Below are positions 34,739 to 44,176 of a DNA stretch of 64,000 nucleotides, in pieces. Position 1 is the first letter of the stretch. The number at the start of each line of letters is the position of its first letter. The translations under genes and the position numbers were made by a program. Location: sequence record NC_027402.1; one strand, given 5' to 3'. Below the pieces are notes generated by a model. That model searched no databases, had not been told where the DNA came from, and saw only the letters and a program-made list of their open reading frames with translations.

Positions 34739-36001
34739 GTGACTACTGCTTATCAAGTGCGGGCCGACAGCGCTTTTGGCTTCTCTCGAGACACCCGAAC
34801 TTGGGGAACCATCGATGTCACGCAGCCCTTAAATACCCTTTGTGCTAACTACCACTTTTTCGAAGTAGGACTAGAAGCACTAGGTGCTGAATATACCTTC
34901 TATAGCCAGTATCACCTGGCTGATTTACAAAACCGTACGGACACGTTGCAAGATTGGTTAAACACCAAGTCAGGAATCGCAATTCCAACGCTTGGGAAGG
35001 GCCTACCGAAGCTCGAATTCGTTGAGGCACACTACCAGTCTATTAATGCAGATGTGCCCGTAGAAACGCACCTGTGCCCTCCTGGGTACCATTACACTCA
35101 GGACTTCAATCCTGATGATGCACACGACGTTGTTGTAGTCTGCGACGATGAGTGGAAAGAGAAATACCGTACCGGGGTACTGTACAACATCAACGGTCAA
35201 TGGGTACCTCACCAATCTGACCCAGTGGGTGTTCGCTTAACCGGCGCTGGTAACATCGTGCGGCGTGCCAATACACCTGACATCGGCTGTCTGGTGATGG
35301 CAAACATCGGTAAAGTAAAGACCTACCCCATATCCGGTTTAACGATGAACAAACTCGATACTACGCGAGATTACTATTCTTCGTTAATGTTGACCTTACC
35401 CGATTCCATTACAGGGAAAACCGTTGGGTTCGTCATCGGGGGTATTCTGCATTGGTTGCCGCCGCAGGGCTATTTCAGCGACCGTGCGATTATGCTGAGT
35501 CTGCCAAACCTTAGCGTGGCGAAGATTGTATTGGAAACCCGTCGCTATTACGATTGGGACGCCATCGGTGTAGGTGATTTAAGTACGCCTACGTCCGTTC
35601 AACGTATTCGTAACTCAGAAACGTTAAAAGCGTTGCTGACGCACGAATCCTCGTTTATCTTTACGATAGACAACCCGTATCTCGAAAAAGAGATTCACGG
35701 AATAAGCCACAACGCTATCTGGGGCCGGTTCTATTTAAAAGACCCGACTGACCCAGATGGGAAGAAGACGCTAGGTCCTATCTTTAACCGTATTGGTAAA
35801 TGTGTAGGGTACTGGCCGACCTGGGAAGAAGGGGAGTGGGTTTTCAATACCACATTCTTCGACCGGGAAAACTTTTTGTTGGGGAACGCGCGTTGGTATA
35901 ACCAGAATTTGGTAAACGACGCGCAGGCGATCGTCGGGCCTTTCGGGGCTTGGGGTAAGCCATTTGTTGAAATGCATCGCTACAAAGCACGAAAAAAATA
36001 A
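34739..36001 (+). CDS. Probable virion structural protein (420 aa)
   Basis: Long ORF with GAGG SD and GTG start; function inferred from context only. Confidence 0.5.
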   Translation: MTTAYQVRADSAFGFSRDTRTWGTIDVTQPLNTLCANYHFFEVGLEALGAEYTFYSQYHLADLQNRTDTLQDWLNTKSGIAIPTLGKGLPKLEFVEAHYQSINADVPVETHLCPPGYHYTQDFNPDDAHDVVVVCDDEWKEKYRTGVLYNINGQWVPHQSDPVGVRLTGAGNIVRRANTPDIGCLVMANIGKVKTYPISGLTMNKLDTTRDYYSSLMLTLPDSITGKTVGFVIGGILHWLPPQGYFSDRAIMLSLPNLSVAKIVLETRRYYDWDAIGVGDLSTPTSVQRIRNSETLKALLTHESSFIFTIDNPYLEKEIHGISHNAIWGRFYLKDPTDPDGKKTLGPIFNRIGKCVGYWPTWEEGEWVFNTTFFDRENFLLGNARWYNQNLVNDAQAIVGPFGAWGKPFVEMHRYKARKK

Positions 36002-36009
36002 AAGGTAAA

Positions 36010-36032
36010 CCCTACTCCCGTTGGGAGTAGGG
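36010..36032. terminator. Bidirectional terminator, same family
   Basis: CCCTACTCCC-GTT-GGGAGTAGGG between convergent genes. Confidence 0.7.
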
Positions 36033-36062
36033 TACCTATATCTTTTTTTGCCTGCAGGCCGA

Positions 36063-36272
36063 TTACGCGTTTACGTAATAGATGGCGTTGCCGAACATTT
36101 TGTTGTTGCCGCCACAAGCGGTAACTTTAAATGCTACGCCGCCTTCAGCTTCGGCTTTCTTAGCCAGCGCTTCGGTAACTTCGGTAACGGTGCTCAGTCC
36201 AGAAACCTGAACGGTGCCTGCTTCTACCAGACCAGAAACGTCGCTGCCTGCGGTGATTTCACGAATGCTCAT
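36063..36272 (-). CDS. DUF1471 (YdgH/BhsA/McbA-like) domain protein without signal peptide
   Basis: GTVQVSG.ST..EV..ALAKKAEAEG...FKVT..GGNNKMFGNAIYY; GGAG SD; in-frame TAA directly before the ATG. Confidence 0.75.
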   Translation of the reverse strand: MSIREITAGSDVSGLVEAGTVQVSGLSTVTEVTEALAKKAEAEGGVAFKVTACGGNNKMFGNAIYYVNA

Positions 36273-36479
36273 TTACTTATCTCCATTAACAAATGATAGC
36301 AGAAGAACCCTATGTTCAACTACTTGTACTTCGAGGCATATTAACTGCCCCGACTCGTAAATTAGTTGACAATAAACCGGCTTTTGTGCGAAAAAAGTGG
36401 CTAACTGTGCACAAGCGATTCGGGTTATCGTTACAGTTAGGGGTTTATTGTCACATTATACCCCACACACGTAAATAAC

Positions 36480-37412
36480 TTAGTGTGGTGTACTGGTGTC
36501 GTTGCCCGGACCATGGCCAGTATGTACGTGAAGAGTAAAGGTGATGCCGCCGATAACCGATTCGGTAACTGTGAATGTGCCCTTACCCTCACCCTTGCCG
36601 TTATAGAGGAAATCCTTACCTACTTCCAGGTTACCGGTAAATAGATTCGTTGGGCATGTGGTCTTCCAGTCTTCAGTCGTCCATGCCATGTTTTTCGACG
36701 CTGTAGAGTTGCGAGTTTCGCACTTCTCGTTAATCGTCTTTGTCTCGAGATTAATAGAACGTTTAGCATAAATGAAAGCGTCCTCTTTATTGATATTAAT
36801 CTTCGACCGGCAGGCGTTTTCAAACCCTAAGTCATCCTCCGGAGAATTGAGGTAGAACTTACGCCCTTCGTCATCCACTAACTGGCAAAACCCATCACGG
36901 GTATTCAGCTGGAGCAAATACGCATTTTTCTCGCCGTTAGTCATACTGGTACGTAAAGTAACGTGACCATCCATCGGGGAGATATTCAATACGTAGGCGT
37001 TAGAGAGGTCATCGGCCATCTGGTTTACTGGGTCAGCAGACCAAGCGTATACCCCATCTTCCAGTCGCTTAACGTTACTGTTGTTTAAATCTTCCCAGAA
37101 GTACATATCGGTTTCACCGATACGCCAGATTCTTACATAGTCTTCTTTTTTCACATCCGGAGGGTTAACCCGGTTGCTGTTGGACTTCATCCATTTTGCA
37201 GTGATGGCATTACCTTGCTTTACAGTAAGGTTGTCAGTACCACTTAAACTGTTGTGTTGCTTCTCTACAGGCGTCTCTGTTGCATCGACAGCTGTTGGAT
37301 TAATAAAGTTAACTTCGATAGGGATGACTTTAACTCGAGTGGCACCACGAGGTTTATCTTCCGCGACGATACCTATCGAGAAGATGTGCAACCCTGACTT
37401 AGATTTGTTCAT
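36480..37412 (-). CDS. Baseplate central spike protein (gpV/gp138-like, phiKZ gp164-like)
   Basis: OB-fold-like N-terminus, beta-repeat middle, C-terminal HVHTG (HxH iron-binding tip). Confidence 0.75.
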   Translation of the reverse strand: MNKSKSGLHIFSIGIVAEDKPRGATRVKVIPIEVNFINPTAVDATETPVEKQHNSLSGTDNLTVKQGNAITAKWMKSNSNRVNPPDVKKEDYVRIWRIGETDMYFWEDLNNSNVKRLEDGVYAWSADPVNQMADDLSNAYVLNISPMDGHVTLRTSMTNGEKNAYLLQLNTRDGFCQLVDDEGRKFYLNSPEDDLGFENACRSKININKEDAFIYAKRSINLETKTINEKCETRNSTASKNMAWTTEDWKTTCPTNLFTGNLEVGKDFLYNGKGEGKGTFTVTESVIGGITFTLHVHTGHGPGNDTSTPH

Positions 37413-37592
37413 ACCACCCTCCTCTCATACTACACTTTTTTACGTTTCGATCTCATCGTTTGACAATCGAGGAGAGTACGGGGGTAAGGGGGTTTATGTA
37501 TTGGATGCGAACATAGACGGAGGTATCCGTAGGATACCGACATCCTTTTTGTAGTTGACCTTGACTTTTAACCTAACGAGGAGTGCAGTACC

Positions 37593-37910
37593 ATGTCTTT
37601 ATTTCAAACCATTAAAAGTGCATTAGAGCGTAATGATGCAGACAGTGCCTTTACTGCGTTACAGAAAGCCAGTAACGGGAAGCTAGACAGCGTCTTTGCT
37701 AACAATCAAAGAATGCGCTTTTACAAAGTCGGGGAAGTAGACCAGTTCTACGACGAACTGTTTACGGGAGTAGTGCAAAGCGCGGTATACGCCATGCCGA
37801 CTGAACAATTAAGTCAGTTTGAAAAAGGGATGCGTTACCAGCGGTTAAGTAACGACTACTCATTACTGAATCTGGCTATCGATGACTGCGTCGTACTGGT
37901 CGTATACTAA
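37593..37910 (+). CDS. Hypothetical protein
   Basis: 105 aa; GAGGAG SD. Confidence 0.6.
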   Translation: MSLFQTIKSALERNDADSAFTALQKASNGKLDSVFANNQRMRFYKVGEVDQFYDELFTGVVQSAVYAMPTEQLSQFEKGMRYQRLSNDYSLLNLAIDDCVVLVVY

Positions 37911-37916
37911 GTTTTT

Positions 37917-37940
37917 ACAGATAGATGTCATCTTAGTGAG
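37917..37940 (+). promoter_or_regulatory. Putative early promoter motif
   Basis: ACAGATAGATGTCATCTTAGTGAG; one of five similar intergenic motifs. Confidence 0.5.
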
Positions 37941-38030
37941 CATTGTGTATAAACCCACAGTCGCTTAAACACCAACTGTTCTTTAGTAACAGTTTTTGGT
38001 CACTTTAGTGTACTTTAAAGGAAATACCGA

Positions 38031-39269
38031 ATGTATAACGAATACGAATTAGTTTACCAGACACCGAAAGAAGCATTCTTTAATGCAGTAATTACTAACT
38101 CAATTGTACTGTTGGGAATGCAGTTCAGTATTCGGAGTATGGCTTACAGCGACGTAACGTGGCAGGATTGTGCGCACCTGCCACAAAAGCTCTCAACCGT
38201 TGTCGAAAAGCGGCTGCTTGACAAAGGGGAAGTAAAGTGCCGTTTAGGCCACCACGTCTCTGACTTAGCACCGTGGGTTGAGTTAACCATGATGTTCGAA
38301 GGGGATTCGCGGGTAGTTTACCTATCGGGTAATCAAAACATCGGACGCGCCATTGCCGAGGGTAACACAATGTGGGTGCACTACATTCTTACTCTGCTGA
38401 CCGGTAAACCGGTGTTCGAGTTAACACCTGACATGCCGGCACTAAGCGATAGCAACTGGTGGACTGGCGGTGAGCTGAATATAGGGTTTAATGAGAAATT
38501 ACAAAACTTTAATTCAGAGCGACTCGATGTTGATGCGGAAGTGTTGGTGCAGCAGTTCCCCGAATTCACTGCGTACCAAATTACTACCGTATGGAATAGA
38601 GCGGTAAGCAAGCGCAGATTCTACACGAAAAACGCACCGCGTGAAGCAGCCAAGTCTGTGGAAATTGACGAAGACACCAAGGAAGCACTGCGTGATCTAG
38701 CCACCACTGCCAATGACGGTAATACGATGTTCTGGACATCTGATGAAAACGCTAACCATTATTTCGGTGAGATGTTAGACGCCGATGTTTGGTCAGTAAT
38801 GCCGATAACAGAGCCAGGAAACCTTAAAGATTACTATAAGGTCGAAAAGGATGAGGTGGTTAATGAGAAGGTCGTCGCTCTTCTTGCTGTTTTCCGCGAA
38901 GTTATCCAGTCAGAAATACTGTTAAGCATCTATAAACGCAAGACCCCGGCCAGTGAAAATGACACGGCGTGGGTATTTGACTGTCGACCGACAGATACAA
39001 TATCGCCTGCGTTCTGGATACAGGTGACAGGAACGCTGCAGCGTGTGAACAGTTCCGTTGTTTCTCGCCTGCCAGATTCTGAAATGCGCTCCGTTGCCGA
39101 ACCTGCTTATTTGATGTCGGCGAAGGCGGTACGGGATGCGTGGGGTACCAACGAACTGAAACAATGGCATTACGACGCTATCATCAAATGGGGTATTAAC
39201 AATGGCTGGAAAGAAGTGACTAAGTACGGCCGTCAACTGTTGTTTGTCGCAGATTTGCGTTTACTGTAA
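38031..39269 (+). CDS. Hypothetical protein (412 aa)
   Basis: Long ORF with AAGGA SD; no family recognised. Confidence 0.65.
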   Translation: MYNEYELVYQTPKEAFFNAVITNSIVLLGMQFSIRSMAYSDVTWQDCAHLPQKLSTVVEKRLLDKGEVKCRLGHHVSDLAPWVELTMMFEGDSRVVYLSGNQNIGRAIAEGNTMWVHYILTLLTGKPVFELTPDMPALSDSNWWTGGELNIGFNEKLQNFNSERLDVDAEVLVQQFPEFTAYQITTVWNRAVSKRRFYTKNAPREAAKSVEIDEDTKEALRDLATTANDGNTMFWTSDENANHYFGEMLDADVWSVMPITEPGNLKDYYKVEKDEVVNEKVVALLAVFREVIQSEILLSIYKRKTPASENDTAWVFDCRPTDTISPAFWIQVTGTLQRVNSSVVSRLPDSEMRSVAEPAYLMSAKAVRDAWGTNELKQWHYDAIIKWGINNGWKEVTKYGRQLLFVADLRLL

Positions 39270-39329
39270 TCTCGCCATCGGGGGTCTTGTACCCCCTTCT
39301 TATTTTTTAACCGTAAAGAGTATTTAATC

Positions 39330-39911
39330 ATGCCACAACCAATTATTGAACAACATGAAATGAACTACGAAGAACTGACCCGCCGCTATCGCGTGAAAGC
39401 CCCACGGGTAGTAGAAGGTTGCGAGAAATACAAAGAAGCAGACTTCGTGGTATTCCAACGCGAAGGTGTTCCGATGTTGGTGTTCGTAAAACACGTCACC
39501 ACCGATAACGACGACCGTCTAGTGATGCTGTATAACGTGATGGCTACCGTACTAGATACCGATATTGGACTGTTACGTCGTTATAAATCGTCCTACGAAC
39601 AGAAAGCGAAGGTGGTTGCTTTTGACTTACCACGCACGGTACTAGTAGATGGTTCCCGTCCGGCTATTCTTCGTTTTACGAGAAGTGAAGACGACAGTAA
39701 CCCAGCGCATACCGTTCAGCCACTAACGCTGTCGCAAGATACGTTACAGCAGAACGGCGGGATGGATTGGCTAAACGTCATGTTACCGGGCCTAGCTGAA
39801 GGTCAGGAACTGCATCTGGTTTGCTACACCCCATCCGTCGAGCACACCTATGCGCGTTACCTTACCGAAGAACACGGTTTCCGTAACCACCGCGGTATTT
39901 ACATTGCGTAA
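39330..39911 (+). CDS. Hypothetical protein
   Basis: 193 aa ORF. Confidence 0.6.
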   Translation: MPQPIIEQHEMNYEELTRRYRVKAPRVVEGCEKYKEADFVVFQREGVPMLVFVKHVTTDNDDRLVMLYNVMATVLDTDIGLLRRYKSSYEQKAKVVAFDLPRTVLVDGSRPAILRFTRSEDDSNPAHTVQPLTLSQDTLQQNGGMDWLNVMLPGLAEGQELHLVCYTPSVEHTYARYLTEEHGFRNHRGIYIA

Positions 39912-39920
39912 GGTGAATGT

Positions 39921-40484
39921 ATGTTCCGTTTACTAGAAATTCGAAACGATATCTGGCAAGAGCACATCCGCAACGATCCGGAGTGGGAAGGAGTTGAAAG
40001 TGATTTACCGGATAACCCCGACCAGCTGCTGGTGTTCCTTTATAGCGATAAGGCCAAACAGATCAAGGGGATATTTGAACGTAAAACGACAAGCTTGTCG
40101 ACCTTACTGAGCTGCATTTGCTGCGGCGTCAGTGAGCTTGATCCCAATCTATTCACCAACTATCTTGCGCGTAAAGTCCGTACACCGCTACTGGAGGTTA
40201 CACTCCCGCCAGATATTCGTATCAGTAAAACCGTACCGACCGTTTTGCGTTTACAGGACGTGTCTGGTAGTAGCGACGACGGGGAAACAACGATTACTCT
40301 TTCCTCGTCAGAGAGTGAACTCGCAACCGAATCGTTTCTTAGCGAAGTCGAGGCCGGATTAAAGCAGGACGTAATCGTCTATAATCTCGGCGGTGTGCCC
40401 ATTGAGCCCATTTTACACTTCTTTGAAAGCCAAACCTGCCATCTCGTAGAAAGCTTAACATACCACTTTAAAGGAGCTTTATGA
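39921..40484 (+). CDS. Hypothetical protein
   Basis: 187 aa acidic ORF; AAGGT SD. Confidence 0.6.
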   Translation: MFRLLEIRNDIWQEHIRNDPEWEGVESDLPDNPDQLLVFLYSDKAKQIKGIFERKTTSLSTLLSCICCGVSELDPNLFTNYLARKVRTPLLEVTLPPDIRISKTVPTVLRLQDVSGSSDDGETTITLSSSESELATESFLSEVEAGLKQDVIVYNLGGVPIEPILHFFESQTCHLVESLTYHFKGAL

Positions 40485-41011
40485 TGAAACTCGAAGGCTA
40501 CGTTGTTACTGATAAACCTTTTGCTGAAGCCAACCTGTCGCGTTCACAGGTCGTTTATAAAGACATCGATGTGCCTGCCGAAATCGTTAAAGCGAATCCC
40601 AGCTGGCTAATCAACCACGTTTCTTTGGAAATCACCAATCCGTTTATCAACGATCCAACCGACCCATTTGTCGACATGGGTAATTTCCGCGATATTCTTT
40701 CCCCACATCAATACCAGACAGTGGCACAGAAGAAAGGGAAGTTGCTCACTGAAACGAATGAGTGGGAGCGTATCCAAGAGCGTCATCCTGAAAAGGGTTT
40801 AATGGAAATTTATCACCAACACCCTAAAGAGTTTGACAAATTACCTCTGTGGGCATCGGTGGCGTATAACTGCAGTGGGATATATGACCATCTGTTGCTG
40901 AGCGGATACGATGGCGCAATACACGCAGCCGAAGGCCCGCACACGCCGGTAACTGTTTATCACACATTTCACCCAGCGCGCATCACTTTCATCGAAACGT
41001 TGAGTGTGTAG
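40481..41011 (+). CDS. Hypothetical protein with possible ART-like (GYDG) motifs
   Basis: GYVVTD...A, LEITNPF, GYDGAIH...VYHTFHP. Confidence 0.45.
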   Translation: MMKLEGYVVTDKPFAEANLSRSQVVYKDIDVPAEIVKANPSWLINHVSLEITNPFINDPTDPFVDMGNFRDILSPHQYQTVAQKKGKLLTETNEWERIQERHPEKGLMEIYHQHPKEFDKLPLWASVAYNCSGIYDHLLLSGYDGAIHAAEGPHTPVTVYHTFHPARITFIETLSV

Positions 41012-41016
41012 TTTAT

Positions 41017-41043
41017 CTCCAGTAACCACGAGGGTTACTGGAG
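41017..41043 (+). terminator. Intrinsic terminator
   Basis: CTCCAGTAACC-ACGAG-GGTTACTGGAG followed by a T-rich tail. Confidence 0.75.
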
Positions 41044-41090
41044 TCCTCTTATTTTTTACACTTAACTCAAATTAATTTGAGGTGTGGTAT

Positions 41091-41678
41091 ATGACAGAAC
41101 GTATTTTACGACTGCAAGAGAACAGGTTAGAAGACCTGCACGTAATGCGTAGTCGTGGCTTGTTCCCAGTGGGGCTTGACGTAAGTGGGTTAATAACTTC
41201 TGCGCAGCACGGGGACAAGGTCATTACAATGCATTCACGTGGGAACGAAGTGGTCTCTGCGATTTTCATCGATAAGGTTATTCCGGACTCGGAAAGTGGT
41301 AAGGTGGCGGGACACATCATTTACGAATACTTTCGCAGCATTCTATACGAGGAAAAGATAAACGTCAAAACTTTTATGGAATACGCTAAGCGAAATAACT
41401 ACATCGATGCGCGGCTGATGGTCACGGAAGGCACTCCAACTATAAACGGTAAAGTCCACCATCGTTTACTTGGAGCACAGTTGCCGAGACTAGGCGAGAT
41501 ACCAACGACGATAGAGCTGCACCAAAAAACAGATTGGCGACACAAAATCGAAGTGCTTCACAAGCTTTACGATTTATCGATCGTTCAAATCAAACTGGTG
41601 GACTTTACGCCTGCAAATATGCAAATCGCTAAGCGCGCGTTGGGTTTTCGTATTCTTAACACAACCTTCACATTGTAA
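41091..41678 (+). CDS. Hypothetical protein
   Basis: Start moved to ATG 41091 after GAGG. Confidence 0.6.
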   Translation: MTERILRLQENRLEDLHVMRSRGLFPVGLDVSGLITSAQHGDKVITMHSRGNEVVSAIFIDKVIPDSESGKVAGHIIYEYFRSILYEEKINVKTFMEYAKRNNYIDARLMVTEGTPTINGKVHHRLLGAQLPRLGEIPTTIELHQKTDWRHKIEVLHKLYDLSIVQIKLVDFTPANMQIAKRALGFRILNTTFTL

Positions 41679-41682
41679 AATA

Positions 41683-41708
41683 TCTCAGATATATATTACC
41701 TAGGTGAG
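41683..41708 (+). promoter_or_regulatory. Putative early promoter
   Basis: TCTCAGATATATATTACCTAGGTGAG contains TATATTAC, the phiKZ early promoter core. Confidence 0.6.
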
Positions 41709-41728
41709 AGTTAAGAGATTAACTCAAT

Positions 41729-41746
41729 GGCTACCTTCGGGTAGCC
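41729..41746 (+). terminator. UUCG hairpin terminator
   Basis: GGCTACC-TTCG-GGTAGCC then TATTCTTTTTT. Confidence 0.7.
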
Positions 41747-41782
41747 TATTCTTTTTTAAACCAATCGACTGTAGAGCAAAAC

Positions 41783-42184
41783 ATGACTATCAAGAAGTTC
41801 TTACAAACAGTAGTAGTTCTGGCCGCATGTGGTATCGCAGCAACTTATGCTTTCGATAAGCCAGACGTGACTGAATACGTATCTGCGGATTCCGATTACG
41901 GTATTGCACCGAATGAAAAACCGGAACTGATGCGTGAGGTCGAACAGTTACAAATCTACAAACTGACGGATGGTAAGAACTGCACAGGGCTGGTTATCGC
42001 TGATAAGAAACTGAAAATGTATCAGCGATTAATCGACATATCGTGCGATCAACCAAAAGTCACTTCGGTCAGCGTATCGCCGTTGGAATTGCCAGATCTG
42101 GTTGCTGTGAGTTTTTATCACAACGATGTGCTCGTTGGTCGCATCACCCTCATTCGTGGAGATATCAAAAATGAAATGCAATAA
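41783..42184 (+). CDS. Exported protein with signal peptide
   Basis: MTIKKFLQTVVVLAACGIAATYA. Confidence 0.6.
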   Translation: MTIKKFLQTVVVLAACGIAATYAFDKPDVTEYVSADSDYGIAPNEKPELMREVEQLQIYKLTDGKNCTGLVIADKKLKMYQRLIDISCDQPKVTSVSVSPLELPDLVAVSFYHNDVLVGRITLIRGDIKNEMQ

Positions 42185-42662
42185 CGTTAATCACCACCTG
42201 ATTAAGGTGGTGCTTTTTACTGTGCTGTTGATGGCACTTGTTGTTGGGCTACGGATTTCTAAGGCGCACGCTGACGAATTCAGCGGGTTCCAGGGCAGTA
42301 TTAACGGCAGCATTCCAGCATATACCCGCACCATTAATCTTAATGATAAGCCGTTCTGGTGCAATGCGCGTAAGCTGCTTAAGAAACAGTGTCGTGTAGT
42401 TGACATATCCTTCAACGGACGTGTCGCTATCGTACACCGTCCGGGCGATAAAGATTGCCCAGGTGGTTGGTGGGGTGCAGTCGACCGTCACAACGGTGAC
42501 GCGTTATGGCTTATCCCTAATCGTGATGAACTATCAGTGGAGAAAATTTGCAGCAAAGATTTCAGGGCCGGTTTTGTACAGCGACCTGATACCAAAACTC
42601 TGGCCTCCATCGCTATGTACTACGGTATGGAAACCATCAAAACAATCGACTATTCAGAATAA
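42171..42662 (+). CDS. Exported protein with signal peptide or anchor
   Basis: Start moved to MKCNN (GGAG SD); hydrophobic stretch ending in an AHA cleavage-like site. Confidence 0.6.
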   Translation: MKCNNVNHHLIKVVLFTVLLMALVVGLRISKAHADEFSGFQGSINGSIPAYTRTINLNDKPFWCNARKLLKKQCRVVDISFNGRVAIVHRPGDKDCPGGWWGAVDRHNGDALWLIPNRDELSVEKICSKDFRAGFVQRPDTKTLASIAMYYGMETIKTIDYSE

Positions 42663-42684
42663 CTCAAAAAATTGAGGTGCTATT

Positions 42685-43095
42685 ATGAAACATTTTTTAT
42701 TACCAGTTTTACTTGCTACTCTGGCCATTAGCTTCTTCGCTCGTGCTGGAAGTATCGAGTTACCAAAAGTTGTTAACGATCACGAATACGGCGGAGAGTT
42801 CTGGTGCCAGAACTCTGACGTACAAGGCGGTAGCTGCCAGATCGTTGCGATGTCCGATAACAACCGTTATCTGTTAGTGAAAACAATGGGCGGTGTCGCA
42901 TGTGGCGACCCTGAATACGGGGTCATTAACATGGCAACCGGGCAAGCCGAATCCATGAACTATAATGATAACCAAGCCTGCAGTGGTGAAGCCGTTGCTG
43001 AGTTTACTCGCGACCCAGGTGATAATGCCCTGACGGTTATCATGTATGACCCTACGATTAAGAAAAATGTAGGCATCAATAAACTCGACTTTTAA
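42685..43095 (+). CDS. Exported protein with signal peptide
   Basis: MKHFLLPVLLATLAISFFARA. Confidence 0.65.
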   Translation: MKHFLLPVLLATLAISFFARAGSIELPKVVNDHEYGGEFWCQNSDVQGGSCQIVAMSDNNRYLLVKTMGGVACGDPEYGVINMATGQAESMNYNDNQACSGEAVAEFTRDPGDNALTVIMYDPTIKKNVGINKLDF

Positions 43096-43108
43096 GTAAG
43101 GAAACAAC

Positions 43109-43492
43109 ATGCGTGGATTTATGGGTATTATCGTGGCGGTGTTCTTTACCGCTTCTGCTTCAGCTACAACTAGCGTAGAAGATTTACTACCAGGCACACC
43201 GTATCAGTACAACCCGCCTTCGTTCGAAGTCTGTACTGGCGACGATGGTAGATGTGAAGAAGTCAGCCGGCACGACGAGTACATCCTAGTCCACGCAAAG
43301 GGCGAGGAAACTTGTCCGGCAGGTTACTACTTTCTGTTGAACTCAAAGGCACAAGAGATTGTGCCTGTAGAGACAATAACGTGCGACCCGACGCTTCGCG
43401 CGTCTCTCGCTTACAATACGAAAACCAAACAACGCCTCCTGGTTATTGAACAGCAAGGGGTGGTGCGTGGTTCAGTTGCGCTCGACCAGTAA
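43109..43492 (+). CDS. Exported protein with signal peptide
   Basis: MRGFMGIIVAVFFTASASA. Confidence 0.65.
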   Translation: MRGFMGIIVAVFFTASASATTSVEDLLPGTPYQYNPPSFEVCTGDDGRCEEVSRHDEYILVHAKGEETCPAGYYFLLNSKAQEIVPVETITCDPTLRASLAYNTKTKQRLLVIEQQGVVRGSVALDQ

Positions 43493-43501
43493 CCGAAAAG
43501 T

Positions 43502-43526
43502 TTTCAGACAGATGTTATAACGTGAG
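43502..43526 (+). promoter_or_regulatory. Putative early promoter motif
   Basis: TTTCAGACAGATGTTATAACGTGAG. Confidence 0.5.
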
Positions 43527-43615
43527 ATGACGACCCATCTCACTTTGGCCCTGCGGTGATATCCCCAACACTTAGCCGCAGGGTCCTTTTTAATCGACTA
43601 TTACTCGTAAGGATT

Positions 43616-44122
43616 ATGCAAATGAACATGAACATTCTCGACGATACCCGTTCTTCTTTCTTTACTCAGATGAACGTCAATCCCGAACGTACCCGTGCTA
43701 TTCTTTCCACCGGCTGGAAATTAAAGCTGTTAGGCGAGTTAACCCTAAACCGCACCGACTGGCCAGAAGAAGCAACCGTATTAATTAACACCATTCACAG
43801 CGAGTGGCTAGATGCTACTCTGAATGCCCCACAACTTCGCCCGTACTACCGGATGCTTCATGCGGGTTATGAAGCATACCGTAAGGGCTGGTACGCTGCA
43901 GCCACTTATTGCAACACCCCAGAAGGTCGTGAAGACAACACCGTCGACCATGTATTGGTGAATAACTTCTGGGGCGACCAAATTGAAGTCTTACAACTCT
44001 CTACCGGTGACCGTATTCCGGCCTGTGAGTTATTCGAAACTAACGCACAAATGTACGAACCGTATGCAATGATTCGTGGCCGTAAGGTCCCAATCATTTC
44101 CCTTATGCATATGGGGCTGTAA
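43616..44122 (+). CDS. Hypothetical protein
   Basis: Start moved to MQMNM after AAGGA. Confidence 0.6.
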   Translation: MQMNMNILDDTRSSFFTQMNVNPERTRAILSTGWKLKLLGELTLNRTDWPEEATVLINTIHSEWLDATLNAPQLRPYYRMLHAGYEAYRKGWYAAATYCNTPEGREDNTVDHVLVNNFWGDQIEVLQLSTGDRIPACELFETNAQMYEPYAMIRGRKVPIISLMHMGL

Positions 44123-44129
44123 ATACGAG

Positions 44130-44149
44130 AGGTAGCCTACGGGCTACCT
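44130..44149 (+). terminator. Intrinsic terminator
   Basis: AGGTAGCC-TACG-GGCTACCT followed by a T tract. Confidence 0.75.
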
Positions 44150-44176
44150 TCTTTTTTTGTTGAAGAAGGATTAAAC

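Noticed and set aside
36273-36479. Sigma70 promoter in the AT-rich gap (TTGACA on +, TATAAT on -)
   Set aside because: The two boxes are on opposite strands and neither has a correctly spaced partner.
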